DNA from: Squalus acanthias
Taxonomy: Eukaryota
Reading direction: 5' to 3'
Assembly: GCA_030390025.1 (NCBI GenBank)
Contig: JASTWF010000138.1
Coordinates: forward strand, 434,001 to 498,000
Length of the DNA: 64,000 bases
Under the pieces are notes generated by a model that saw only the letters and a program-made list of their open reading frames with translations, did no database searches and was not told the DNA's origin. Shown piece by piece: positions 1-11,790 of this stretch. How positions within the stretch are numbered: the stretch's first letter is position 1; the number at the start of each line of letters is the position of its first letter. A program made the position numbers and the translations under genes.

Positions 1-143
1 CTTGTCATTGACGGTCCACTTGACGAAGATCTCTCGTGGGGAGAAACCTCTCACTAAGCAGGTGAGGCTGACGAACCACTGAGCGGAGACTCCTTCTGCC
101 GGGGGCAGGAGGACAGACACGGACGGTTCCCGCGGATCTTCAA
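1..143 (-). CDS. IGHM: IgM heavy chain Cmu4 exon (5' part; continues beyond window)
   Basis: Acceptor tctgcag| then phase-1 open frame (V)[47 protein letters not shown], a C1-set domain typical of shark IgM CH4. Confidence 0.9.
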
Positions 144-661
144 CTGCAGAACAATTACAATAAAGGTCAATAAACTGGAGAATTCCAGAGACAATGAAAC
201 CGGCGGTTAGATGTGAGAGAAATGTGCTTTGCGCTGAATTTTAAAGGACTCCCTTTTCCCCTCTGTGTCCTGTCCGGTTTTCCAGCCCGGAGCAGAGGGA
301 GATAGAATCCTTCTTTCTGGGAGCTTGAAGAGTTGGAATGGAAAATTACATGGAATTCACATCATAGAAACAGACCATTCGGCCCAACTGGTCAATGCCG
401 CTGTTTATGCTCCACACGAGACTCCTCCCACCTTACTTCATCTAACCCTAATAACATATCCTTCTATTCCTTTTTTCCTCATTGACTTATCCAGCTTCCC
501 TTTAAATGCATCATCTCGGGTCCCAGAGGTTTTAATTAGTGGAATTACCCATTGAATTATCAGAGCAGTCCATTAAAACACTGAATAGAACGAATTGGGC
601 CGTGAACAAGCACCAGAAATAGTCACAGAGTCTCACTCATTGCTACAATCTCACCGCTCAC

Positions 662-970
662 CTTTTTCCTTGTGGATGGAATCTCTTATAGGAGTCGCCA
701 TATCCTGATGGCTCACCACGCAGTAGAACTCATCCCCACTCAACCAGGCTTGTGTCGAGATGTTTAAGTTGCTGATCACACTGTTGGGAGCCTCTCCGGG
801 TTGGACGGCAATCTCTGATTTCAAAGTCTCCTTTTCTCGGGTCCAGGACACGTTGACTCCATAAGGAGCATTAGACACGACGCAGGTTAAGGTCACCGTC
901 GCCTCCAGTAAGACCTGTTCCAGTGACGGTTGCGGAAGAGTGATTTCTGGATCGCTGCATGAGGAACCAT
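662..970 (-). CDS. IGHM: IgM Cmu3 exon
   Basis: Acceptor ttcacag|, donor |GTGAGC; 309 nt; (D)[42 protein letters not shown]...[22 protein letters not shown]. Confidence 0.92.
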
Positions 971-1669
971 CTGTGAACAGAAATGAAAGTCAAGCAAAGC
1001 TTCATCTTCAGAATCAGGACACCAGTATTCAGCCTTCACTCTCTCAGGGAGAATAAATCACCTTTGAGATATTAACCTCTCGCTGTTGCATAAACACCAT
1101 CGTTATTCGAAGGACAAAGAATTGACAACCATTCCTGGAGGCTCTTTAACATTTCCTGTGTATTTGCTTCCATAGCCTCCTGTAATGGGCTGTGAAGCAA
1201 ATAACCGGCGTAAAAACATTGAATAAATTCGGCCGCAATTTTATTAGGCAGTAAATAGCGCTCTTCCTGAAATCCCTTGCTCCTTTACGCCCGTCTATAG
1301 ATCCTTGTGCCCGAACGCATTCCCGATCATTATAATGGCTCCGCCCCCAGGGTCAAGAGCTCTACACGAAACTTACACTGGTTCAAACCGAGTGTCAAAT
1401 GAAATCCAGAATTTTAGGTGCAACAGGAAACAAAATTAATTTTCTGGTATCTTGTTGCGATTTTGGGGGCGATGAAAATGTGCAGGAATCAGTTGCAGCC
1501 CCGCCAGAGGAAAAGTGAAAGGTCGGGTGTTGGAATTCCAAGGGGTCCTTTGTGGTGGAGAATAATGTGTAATGCCGATGTGAAGTAGTTTGTTCATTTC
1601 TGTCATTAGTAAGCATTTAACATGTCTGGTGAGAGAGTCAGAAGGAAATATGACCTCAGGGCAGTAATA

Positions 1670-2220
1670 GCAACATGGGAACAGGAGTAGGCCCTTCAGC
1701 CCATCCAGTCTGTTCCGCCATTCAATTAGATCACGGTTGATCTACACCTCAACACCATCTACCCGCCTTGTTTCTGTAACCCTTGATACCTTTGCCTACC
1801 AAAGATCTATCAATCTCAGTTTTGAAATTTTCAATTGACTCCCAGCCTCAACAGCATTTGGCGGTGAGAGAGTTCCAGATTTCGACTGTCCTTTGTGTGA
1901 AGAAGTGTTTCCTGACATCACCCCTGAACGGCTCAGTTCTAATTTTAAGGTTATGCCCCTTGTTCTGGACTCCCGCACCAGAGGAAATAGTTTCTCTCTA
2001 TCTCCCCTATCAATTCCATGTATCAACTTAAACACCTCAATTAGATCACCTCTTAATCTTCCATAATCAAAGGAATACGAGCCTATTATGTTCAGCCTCT
2101 CCTCATTATTTAACACTTTTATCCTCGGTGTCATTCTATTAAATCTGCACTGCGGCCCCTCCAAGGCCAATATATCCATCCTGATGCGCGGTGTCCAGAA
2201 TTGAACGCAGTTCTCCTAAA
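1670..2220 (-). mobile_element. CR1-type LINE 3' fragment
   Basis: ORF 1796-2179 shows the CR1 ORF2 C-terminal motif RLRGDLIEVFK plus a CR1-like 3' UTR. Confidence 0.8.
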
Positions 2221-2409
2221 TAGGGTAGATGTCCTTTCTAGCATTGGGTCCCGAGACAGTTACCAGTAAAGGGTTCCAGACACCTACTGTCGCTCCGAAT
2301 ATGATCAGCCAACTCAGGATAAACCTGAGACCGAGGACACCTCACTCACTGACTGACATCAGAGCAGAAGGAAACCTTCTTTGGCGAGGTTATGGAATCA
2401 TGAACCTGA

Positions 2410-2850
2410 GGTAACCTGATTCAGAGAGATCGTGGGTTCAAGTCTCACTCCAGATACTTGAACACATAATGTAAATTGACACACCCAGTGCAACACTGAG
2501 GGAGAGCTGCACTGTCGGAGGTGCCGTCTTTCGCTTGAGAAGTTAAACCGAAGCCCCGTCTGCCCTCTCAGGTGGACGTCAAAGATCCCATGGCACTATT
2601 TCGAAGAAGAGCGGGATGTACTCCCCGGTGTCCTGGCCAATATTTATCCCTCAACAAACATCACTAAACAACAGGATTATCTGGTCATTATCACATTGCT
2701 GTTTGTGGGACTTTACTGTCTGCAAATTGGCCGCCGCGATTTCTACATTACAACAGTGACCACATTTCAGGAAGGACTTCCTTGGTGGTAAAGCGCTTTG
2801 GGACGTCCGGAGGTCGGGAAAGGCGCTATGTAAAGGCAGTTCTTTCTTTT
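2410..2850 (+). mobile_element. tRNA-derived Deu-domain SINE (SacSINE1-like)
   Basis: B-box-like GGTTCAAGTC, core ctgcactgtcggaggtgccgtcttt...ctctcaggtggacgt, tail gaaaggcgctatgtaaag...tctttcttt; a related tail occurs at about 37660-37870. Confidence 0.7.
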
Positions 2851-3154
2851 ATTTTAAATCGGAAGAAAACACAAACAGCATGATTGGAAATTAGAAATAG
2901 AGCTTTCTCAGGGTAAACCTGAGATTAAGGACACCTCATTCACTGTCTGACATTACAGCTGAGGGAAACCTTTGGCGAAGTGCTGGAATCCTGAACCGTG
3001 AGGAACCCTGAGTCAGCACTGACATCGGAAGGAAACACAAACTGTGTGATTGGAAATTAGAAATAATTCTGTGCTTTTTACTAATTCCAATAAAAGTCCT
3101 GACTGAGATCAGCGCTCAGAATGATCTGGAACTTCTCGGGGTTGTGTCTCTTAC

Positions 3155-3472
3155 CCGGAGATCTGGAGATGTTTCTGCTTTGGAGGATTCGTTCATGAGT
3201 GACCTGGCAGGTATAGACCGAGCCGGCGAACCACTCCCCGGCGGTGAATGTCAGCCGACTGGTCGCCGAGAAGTTCCCATTCACTTCAAAGACGGGAGAG
3301 GTGACGAAGCCCGAATCCATGAGCCGTCCATTCTTCAGCCAATTCACGGTCAGTGACTTTGGACGGAAATCGATGATTGAACACACGGCGGTTGCATATC
3401 TGCTGCTGGTGATTTCTTCATTGGAACTCAGGGTGAGGATCACAGTTGGAGGGACGATGTCCCGTTTCGAAC
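3155..3472 (-). CDS. IGHM: IgM Cmu2 exon
   Basis: Acceptor ttttgaag|, donor |GTAAGA; 318 nt; (G)[13 protein letters not shown]...[21 protein letters not shown]...YTCQVTH. Confidence 0.92.
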
Positions 3473-3589
3473 CTTCAAAAGAACACATGTTAATGACATT
3501 CCCTATTAAATAAATGATTAAGAAATGCAACGTGTCCTTATAATTTAACAGGTCCTTTACTGTCAGGCTCACACTAAACTGGCACTTCC

Positions 3590-3815
3590 AGAGAGCAGAA
3601 CAGTGCACAGTATTCTAAGAGCGATATGGAGACCGGAACTCGGCACAATACACTAAGTGTGATATGGAGACCAGAACTGTGCACAGTATTGTAAATGTGA
3701 TATGGAGAACAGAACTGTGCACAGTTCACTAAGTGTAATATGGAGACTGGAACTCTGCAAAGTACACTAATGTGATATGAAGACCAGAAGTGTGCACAAT
3801 ACTCCAAGTGTGGAC
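3590..3815. repeat. About 38-bp minisatellite derived from a CR1 fragment (Cmu1-Cmu2 intron)
   Basis: Repeats of gatatggagaccagaactgtgcacagta, grading into CR1 sequence (reverse complement of the YCxxFWS motif). Confidence 0.65.
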
Positions 3816-3891
3816 TAAGCAATTTTCTGTAAAAGTTGAACATAACTTCTCTGCTTTTCACAGTTTTCCCCCTGTATCCCACAACACTAAC

Positions 3892-4191
3892 CTGGCATTT
3901 CGACGCTTAAGTCCGACCCACTTTGTCGAACCTGGCAGTAGATGGCGCTGCTCCCCACCTCTGACTCGGTGATGGTTAACTGGCTGCTCAGGGTGTAGGT
4001 TCCCTTCTTGTTGAACACTGACGGGTAGGTCTTCAATCCAGTGGTGATCGGCTCTTTATCTTTGCTCCAGGAAAGGCTGGTGATTTCCGGGAAGTAGTCC
4101 ATCGCCAAACAGCCGTAGGTGACGGGGCCGCCGGTGTTGGGTTGTTCACAGGAGGAGAGCAGGGCGTAGAGGGTGGGAGGAGACTGTGTCG
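3892..4191 (-). CDS. IGHM: IgM Cmu1 exon
   Basis: Acceptor ctttcccag|, donor |GTTAGT; 300 nt; (A)[16 protein letters not shown]...[16 protein letters not shown]...IYCQVRQ. Retains the N-terminal Cys expected for the light-chain disulfide. Confidence 0.93.
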
Positions 4192-5579
4192 CTGGGAAAG
4201 AATGGCCAATTGAACAAGTTAGACTCTGTAATCCGTGCTTATAACATAACCAAACAACTCGAAATGTGACTACAGGATGAACTAATTCCATCATTTTCCG
4301 ATCAAAACCTACATCGGCATTTGAGCTTCTGTCAGTTCCATCATAAGCACCTGTCGATCCCCTGGTCAGGAACACACCTCTCTGTCCCCGAGCTCTATCA
4401 CATTACAAAAATAAGAACCTGTGCACGTCACCACGATAAATTATCTTTCATTGGCTCATAAAATAGAAGAGCGGAGACGTTTTCCTAATATTTCGGCCAG
4501 CATTTATTTCTCAATCAACGCCACTTCTGGTCATTTATTTCATTGAAGTTTTTGGAAATTTGCTCTGTGCCAATTGAGTGCTGCGTTTCCCTACAAAACA
4601 ACAGTGACTACACTTCAAAAGTAACAGCGTAATCCGCGCTTATAAAATTAGCGAAAAAACTCAAAACTTGATGAACACAGAATTCAACAGAGAACATTTC
4701 CACTGCCTAGTTTCTAAGATTCAAGCTGTAGATAAATCGGGATTGATGAGAATCTATGTCTTTCCTTCTCAGTGTTTGAGGAAGACCGATGTACTTCAAC
4801 ACACTCTGATTTGTGCTCTATCCCATTCTATTGAATGGATGTCTCCTGAGTTTCCTCCTCCTTCCCACTCAATTAATAATCCGCGTTCAATACGGTTCCA
4901 AAATCCGGTTTATTGAAGTTTCTCTTTAAATGCTCCATTTCATTTACCAAAGTACCTTCCGACCTCCCACCAGTGAGAACAGGCGCTGCTTTCTGGGTCG
5001 TTACAGTCACTTCTTGTTGCTGTTTGTACCGAACATAATCTAAACATCGGGACATGTTTCTTCACTAAATATCTAATATTGGCAATTCTTCAACATTATA
5101 AATCTATAGGAGGCGGAGAGCAGTGGTGATCGGATGTGACACTAACTGGATAAAATTATGCAGTGCGGTCCCCCATTGAACCAAATAATGGTTTCAAACA
5201 TAAGGTTCCCATGATGGTTATTTGGAGCGGGAGTCTCGACATTCTCCATTTAAATTCTCAAAATAATTTCCAGCCTCCCATCAGATCAGAACAGGCGCTG
5301 CTTTCTGGAGCGTTACAGTCACTTCCTGAAACTGTTTGTTCTAAAAGTGAGCTCAGGATTAGGCCAATCTCATTCAATCATTATCTGATTCTCAAAATGT
5401 TTAAATTCATTAAAATTTGGGCATTTGTTTCAGAAATAATGTTAACATCGATTAATGTGCGTTGTTCCATCTGGGCAATGGAACAATTTATTTGTATATA
5501 CCTGGCTCGAGCACTCGCAGTTTATTGGTTAGCTGCAGATTAAGGTTCCTTGGAGACTGCCTGACCAAGCACCATAATG

Positions 5580-6490
5580 TCAGATACAGCACGGATAAGA
5601 TAGAGTAACGCTCGCTCTGCACTACCCTGGCTGTCAGATCAGGTATAGCAAAGGTTGGGTGCAGGGTGATGCTCCTCTACACTGTCCAGTCAGGCACTCC
5701 GGGTCAAGTATAGCAAGAGATAGATATATTTTTACACTGCCAGGTCAGATTCAAGACGAGTTAGATAGAGAATACAACTCGCTATGCACAGCCCAGTCAA
5801 ATATTCACGGCTCACATACAGCAGAAGTTAGATACAGTGTAAAATTCCTCTACACTGCCCTATCAAACACTTTAAGGTCAGGTGATACTCGTAGATACAG
5901 CGTAAAACTTTATCCATACTGTCCCATCAAACATTCCCAGCTCTAGTAAAGCACAGTTTGGAAAAAAATAAATTTCCCATAAAATGCGTTTTCAAATTGT
6001 CCAGGTTAGGTAAAGCACAATTATATACAAAGTAAAGCTTCCCATACACTGTCCCATTAAAGCTTCCCAGCTCACCAATAGCACTGATTAGATAGAAGGT
6101 AAATCTATACTGAAGTTGTCCATCAAACTCTACGTCCTTGTAAATAAAAGGTTATATATCCCTCTGCACTGCCCATCAAACGCATTCAGGGCAGGTACAG
6201 CACAGGTTAGATACAGAGTAAAGCTCCCTCTACACTGTCCCATTAAACACTCACAGGGCAGATACAGCACGGGTAAGATACAGAGTAAAGCTCCCTCTAC
6301 ATTGTCCCATCAAACACTCCCAGGGCAGGTACAGCACGGGTTAGATACAGAGTAAAGCTCCCTCTACACTGTCCCATCAAACACTCCCAGGGCAGGTACA
6401 GCATGGATTAGATACAGAGTAAATCTCCCTCTACACTGTCCCATCAAACACTCCCAGGGCAGGCACAGCACGGATTAGATACAGAGTAAA
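5580..6490. repeat. 67-bp tandem satellite in the J-C intron
   Basis: Unit tacactgtcccatcaaacactcccagggcaggtacagcacgggttagatacagagtaaagctccctc starts at 6231, 6298, 6365 and 6432; degenerate copies lie to the left and at about 6830-7060. Confidence 0.85.
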
Positions 6491-9449
6491 GCATCACATT
6501 GTCGATTTAAATTCTCAAAATAACTTCCAGCCTCCCATCAGATCAGAACAGGCGCTGCTTTCTGGAGCGTTGCAGTCACTTCCTGAAACTGTTTGTTCTG
6601 ATAGAGAGCTCAGGATCAGGCCAATCTCATTCAATCATTCTCTGATACACAAAATGTTTAAACGTTATCAATTCGTTATAAGTTGGGCAATTTTTTTGAA
6701 AGAAGACTAAACTCAATAAATGCGCGGATGTTTCACCGGAGAGATGGATATATTTTTAGATATCTGGCTCTCGCACTCGCGCCTTATTAGTTAGATGCCG
6801 ATTAAGGTTCCTTCAACACTGTTGCAACAAACACTCAGGTCAGATACCGGACAAATACGATAGGGCACTGCAAAGGGAGATTTACTTCGTCATGCGCTGT
6901 AAGGTAAGGTTGAATTCAAATTAAATATCCTACTCCACTGCCCTGTCCGACACTCCAGGTATAGCAAGGTTTAGATTCCTAATAAAGTTCCCTTTACACT
7001 GTCCCGTCAAACATACCCAGGGTAGGTACAGCACAGGTTAGAAACTAATTAAAGCTCCTTCTATAGTCTCTCTGCCGTGTTTCTGAACTGCTCCATCTGA
7101 ATGTCACAAACTGGGTTCCTGATCTCATTTCCGAGGCGCCTCCTCAACCTTAAAGTCAACCGTTCAAGTTTCTCACAGATACAAGTTTCATAATAATTCA
7201 GTCAAATTACACTTGCTGAAATACAGGAGCACGAACCAGCCGGTTTACAACCAGTCAGGAGGACTCCTGATTCTCACACAGTGAGCAGGCGCACAGAAAC
7301 AGAACAGACACAAACGGTGCAACAATCGTGCTCTCAGCAGATAGATCTGTTCAATCTGTCAATTTCAATGAAGCTGATTTCTAATTGATCTCTTGTCAAT
7401 TTCCGACCACCTCAACTCTGCACGTTTTTTTTAAACTTAAACTGGTATTCATGAAAAACACTTCAACATCCAACCATTTCTCGTCTCTGTCGGCAATCTT
7501 ACAAACCGAGTAAGATTTAATTTCCCTGAAAATAAGTAGCTCGAAATAATTCACATTCGAAGCAATTTTCTGCCCGTAACACAGGGACTCGGTGACAGAG
7601 TAAGAATTTAACAAACGAGGAGACACTTACATTGAAAACCGATTACACACTGATTTAATATAATTTCTTAATTAAATATAACCTTTAAAGTCACCGAGGG
7701 AAATCACGAAGTTAATTCATTAAAATCTGCGGCGACACTTTCTCGCGCTGAGCACAGCTGAGTCAGATATGTATTGTTTCTGAATTAATTTTAGACTTAA
7801 ATAAAAGTTCTCTCCAACCATTGAGATTTTGCAGTAACTGTATTCCTGTCCAGTGTGCAACGCAATTGTGAGAGGTCATTTATGTTTAATGAATTAGCAC
7901 TGATGTTATATTGTAAGTTAATATTCATGTTAACTAATGTTACACCGTATAATTGAAAATATTCTTCGAGCCTGTCTGGCCCTTCCTCCTCAGAACCACA
8001 TGCACCTGTAACTTTTGTAATTAAATTAATCTGCTCGAATTTCAGTGTGTTATTTGTCATCTCCAGCCTTATTAATACAATTAATTAATAGTAATTTTAA
8101 ACCTGTTTCTGCCTGGTAACTTATGAAATTAGGGTTTTAATAAAATTGGCATGATAATTCATCAATATTAAAATATAAACATCATATTTATACATAACGC
8201 AAGCAGACAAATATATAATTTTTACTTAAATCAAATCATATTTGAATAATTAATACTGATCACAAACTTCTAATACTGTCCTGATCTCTACCTACACCTT
8301 TGTAAACTCTTCATGTTTCTGAACGCTCTGATATAACATAAACTCCGTCTATTCTCAGAGTGGATTTCACATTATGGATTTAGGAATGGACTATTTAAAA
8401 AAAATCAAAGTCCGGCCGGGGTCACATCTCACTAACAACCGATGGGCGGCAACACCGCCTGTTTACTAAAGCTGGACTCTCGAGTTGAAATATTCTTCTC
8501 AATCTTAACTTTAAAAAAATATTTTCATGAATTAAAAAACACCCGGGTAGTTTGCAGTCAGTAACAGAGCCTCCGCTATTTAATAACACGGACAACCTTT
8601 TATATTTTACTCCCGTAATTCACACAATGCCCGTAAATTAATAATTAAATATATTCCGCTATTTATTGAAAATAATCTCCAGAATGATCAGTGTAAAACT
8701 GGCAGAGAACAATTCATTCAGACCATCTGCGATACTGAAACTTAATGAGCAAATGGAGGAGAGACATTGTTAATCAATTTACTATTGATCAGAATTAAAC
8801 ATAACTCTCAGATATACTCCGTCCTTTGCCTATCGTTCTATCCCGTATACAGCAGGGCTATGGGAGATAGGATGTTGTTTTAAATTCAAAATAATATGAA
8901 CCTTTTGTGAGTAAATTAATCGCCTTGAATTTCAATGGGTTATTTGTCTGTCTCCAGCCTTACGCAGTCTGAACCTTCCATGTATTAAAATAGAATCGCA
9001 TGAACAATTCTTTGACTGCTTCTGTCTCTCAACCTTTGAACTTGCTGATTAGTTTAGTGATAATTGTTTCGCCATCAAACAACCAATAATATTGAAAGAG
9101 TAACAAGGATTCGGCTGCACAGTATGAATTTACTAACTCGGCAGATATGTTAAATTGACAAACTGCAATTTACAACAAGGATTTAAGTTGTATTTAAATA
9201 CAACCCGTCATTCATCTGTGTAAAACCGGAGGTAGCCAGTAATTGAGCGCCCCCAATCAAACTGAACACAGCGCTGGAATCAATATGTTGTTATTAAAAT
9301 AATTTCAGGCATAATGAAAAACTGTCTCCAGCCTCTAAAATGTTCCGCTCACGTTAATTGTTCCCACTGTAGAGCAGAATTGTGGAGGGCGAATAATGTT
9401 TAGTAAATTAATATTTATACTACAGCATATTTTAGTGACATTGGGGATA

Positions 9450-10650
9450 TTATCGCATTACAATCGTTGATTAATATTAATTTTATTTAACTACAACCTG
9501 AACACTTGTTAATTATGTAGGTCGTAATCACAGTAACATTTCACGCATTAAATATGAGCGTCGCAAAGCATAGATTAATGGCTGAATGCATAATTATCAC
9601 TTAAATAAAAAGATATGTTAAAATACCTTTCAATGATTTTTGATTTCTAAAACCTTCCTGTTTTCTGCCTACGATCTTCTTTCAAACAGTTTTAAACACA
9701 TGTAATGTTTGCAATAGATCCGAAACCTGCTGCCGCTCGATGTGACCGAGATTAAACATTGTACAAACGCCAAATAGTTTCACAAATTCTAGTTATTCAG
9801 AGTAACACAGGCACAAACTCTCCTCAGCAGATCAACATTCTCGATAGAACCCTTCATGGAGCAGCAGCTTCATTCTATAAACCCTTTCCGCAGAATCAAA
9901 TACAACATTGCAAAAAAATCTCAATACAGAATCCAGCGAACAAGCCTATCACTCAAATAACTAATTATTTAAATTAACAGAAATATAAATAATGACAGTA
10001 GAATTGTGAGCAGACGGAACATGTTTAATACATTAATATTGATGTTGTAGCATTTTTTAAATAATATTGGGTAATATTACTAAATTACAATAATTTAATT
10101 TATATTAATTTAAATTTGTTCTGGCTGCAAATTTGTTAATTTTGTAGTTATTAATTACAGTAACATTTCACTTATTGAATATGACCGTTGCTGTACATTA
10201 GATTAATAGATGACAATGTAATTATCACAAATAAAAATACATTAAAATATCTTAAGATTATTTTTGACCGCTGTAGATTTCTGTTTTCTGCCGACAATCT
10301 TATTTCAAACACATTTAGTCACATAATGTTTACATTTGATCAGAAAACCTGCAACCATTAGATGTCACCGAGATTAAACATTGTAGAAACGCCAAACAGT
10401 TCAACAACCGTTAGGTATTTAAAGAACTCCGGGCTCACAGTCTCATCAGCAGATAAACACCAAATCACATCAATCAGGGACTCAACCCCTCAACAATATA
10501 TTTTTCTGAAGAACCATTTTAATTCTATTATCCCTTTGTAGCAGAATCAAATAAAACATTGCAAAAAATCTCAGTACATAATACACCGAACCAAAGTTTC
10601 AGTGAATGAATGAATTACTGAAATAAACAGAAATATAAAATAAAGACACA
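9450..10650. repeat. Diverged tandem duplication (about 620-bp period) next to JH
   Basis: acagtaacatttcac at about 9530 and 10157; accgagattaaacattgta at about 9745 and 10367; acattgcaaaaaa at about 9905 and 10556. Confidence 0.75.
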
Positions 10651-10686
10651 AATACAACCGTTACTGAAAGAGTGAATGTGTCTTAC

Positions 10687-10742
10687 CTGCAGTCACCGTC
10701 ACCATGGTGCCTTGTCCCCAGTATTCGAAGTAGTTGGTATAC
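10687..10742 (-). CDS. IGHJ: JH segment, probably with a pre-joined D2 remnant (DJ)
   Basis: G TAT ACC AAC TAC TTC GAA TAC TGG GGA CAA GGC ACC ATG GTG ACG GTG ACT GCA G|GTAAGA = YTNYFEYWGQGTMVTVTA; WGxG motif; phase-1 donor matches Cmu1. Confidence 0.93.
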
Positions 10743-10770
10743 CACAGTGAGACTCGCCGTGCCAAATACT
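10743..10770 (-). other. 12-bp-spacer RSS 5' of JH
   Basis: Reading away from the coding end: CACAGTG (10743-10749), 12 nt spacer, CCAAATACT (10762-10770; 6/9 match to ACAAAAACC). No nonamer-like sequence at 22-23 nt spacing. Confidence 0.75.
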
Positions 10771-11083
10771 GCGGTGGACTTTTAACTGCAAAATACAGAG
10801 ATGAAATTCCACAGCGCTCTCAAAACCCTGATTCCGACTCCCCTAAGAGTGAATCAGTGAGATATTTCAGTTTGTGCTGGTAATTATCTTTATAAAGGAG
10901 ATTAGAACACTTCTGAAGCACCTGTGCAGATTTAGCACGACAATCAACACTAATAAAGCAGAACACTTTCATACATTTTTACAAATCTTCATTACTTTTA
11001 ACCATTATTTTAATTTAAGCCTAATGTTCTCCGACGCTCCTGCCGTGGCAGTGATCGCAGGTGTGAGCAAACTCCCTGTCTGG

Positions 11084-11121
11084 GGTTTTTGTATGAGGAG
11101 CTCGCTCTGTACAGCACCGTG
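11084..11121 (-). other. 22-bp-spacer RSS 3' of VH(D)
   Basis: CACGGTG (11121-11115), 22 nt spacer, perfect ACAAAAACC (11092-11084). Confidence 0.92.
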
Positions 11122-11437
11122 ACCCCCTGTACGTCTCTTGCACAGTAATAGATGGCGGTGTCTTCGGTCCTCAGGTTCTTCATGTCCAAAGCGAAGATGC
11201 TGTTTGAAGTGTCTTTGGACGCAGTAAATCGGCTCTGAATCCCTGGGGCGTAGCCATTGTTCGATGAACTTTGATATCTAACCAGCCACTCCAGCCCCTG
11301 CCCGGGATACTGCCGGACCCAGTGCATGGTGTAGCTGCCAAGATCGAACCCGCTGGTTTTACAGGTCAGGCTCAGGGAGCCTCCGGGACTCCTGGTCTCT
11401 ACCTCCGGCTGAGTCAACACGACATCCGACTGGACAC
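11122..11437 (-). CDS. IGHV: IgM VH exon with D-like 3' extension (VD)
   Basis: Acceptor ttttacag|; (G)[51 protein letters not shown]...[10 protein letters not shown] followed by GTACAGGGGGT before the heptamer; no stops. Confidence 0.95.
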
Positions 11438-11564
11438 CTGTAAAAACAATCAAAAACCCCGAGGATTAATCCTGGTGAAATGATTCCTGACTCTGTAACA
11501 TTCCAGAGAGAGACTAACACTGAGACAGTAACAGTGAGAGACTTGGACAATAAAAACTACTCAC

Positions 11565-11610
11565 CGGATAAGAAAGCCAGCAACAGACTGAGAGAAATCG
11601 CCGACCTCAT
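11565..11610 (-). CDS. VH leader exon
   Basis: ATG AGG TCG GCG ATT... = MRSAISLSLLLAFLS + G|GTGAGT; 46 nt, phase 1, hydrophobic signal peptide. Confidence 0.92.
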
Positions 11611-11699
11611 CCTCCTGGCAATGTGTGGGAAATGGTTCTGGCAAGAACTCACTGAGCAAACCCGCTCCCGGACTGTTGTATTGCGGTCCCAGTGACCGG

Positions 11700-11790
11700 C
11701 AGTTAAATACCCGGTAGAAGGGGGCGAGGTTACAGGCGCCGCCTATTGATTCCCTGATAGAGGCGGCTACTGGATCCACGTCACACCTTC
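11700..11790 (-). promoter_or_regulatory. Putative VH promoter (TATA-like and CRE/decamer-like motifs)
   Basis: Minus strand TATTTAA about 95 nt and TGTGACGTG (11777-11785) about 170 nt upstream of the ATG; no ATGCAAAT octamer seen nearby. Confidence 0.5.

Noticed and set aside
5580-7060. J-C intron satellite as a class-switch region
   Set aside because: It is not G-rich or densely AGCT-rich like tetrapod S regions, and conventional switch regions are not known in sharks.
7277-7316. Cryptic RSS in the J-C intron (CACAGTG ... ACACAAACG)
   Set aside because: The spacer is 24 nt and no D- or J-like coding flank or partner RSS is evident.
10810-10830. CACAGCG followed by caaaaccc between the VD and DJ RSSs, as a possible free D
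   Set aside because: The nonamer-like sequence is only 3-4 nt from the heptamer, so it is not a valid RSS.
11010-11121. C-terminal extension of the 147-aa VH ORF
   Set aside because: Simple read-through of the RSS in the unrearranged gene.
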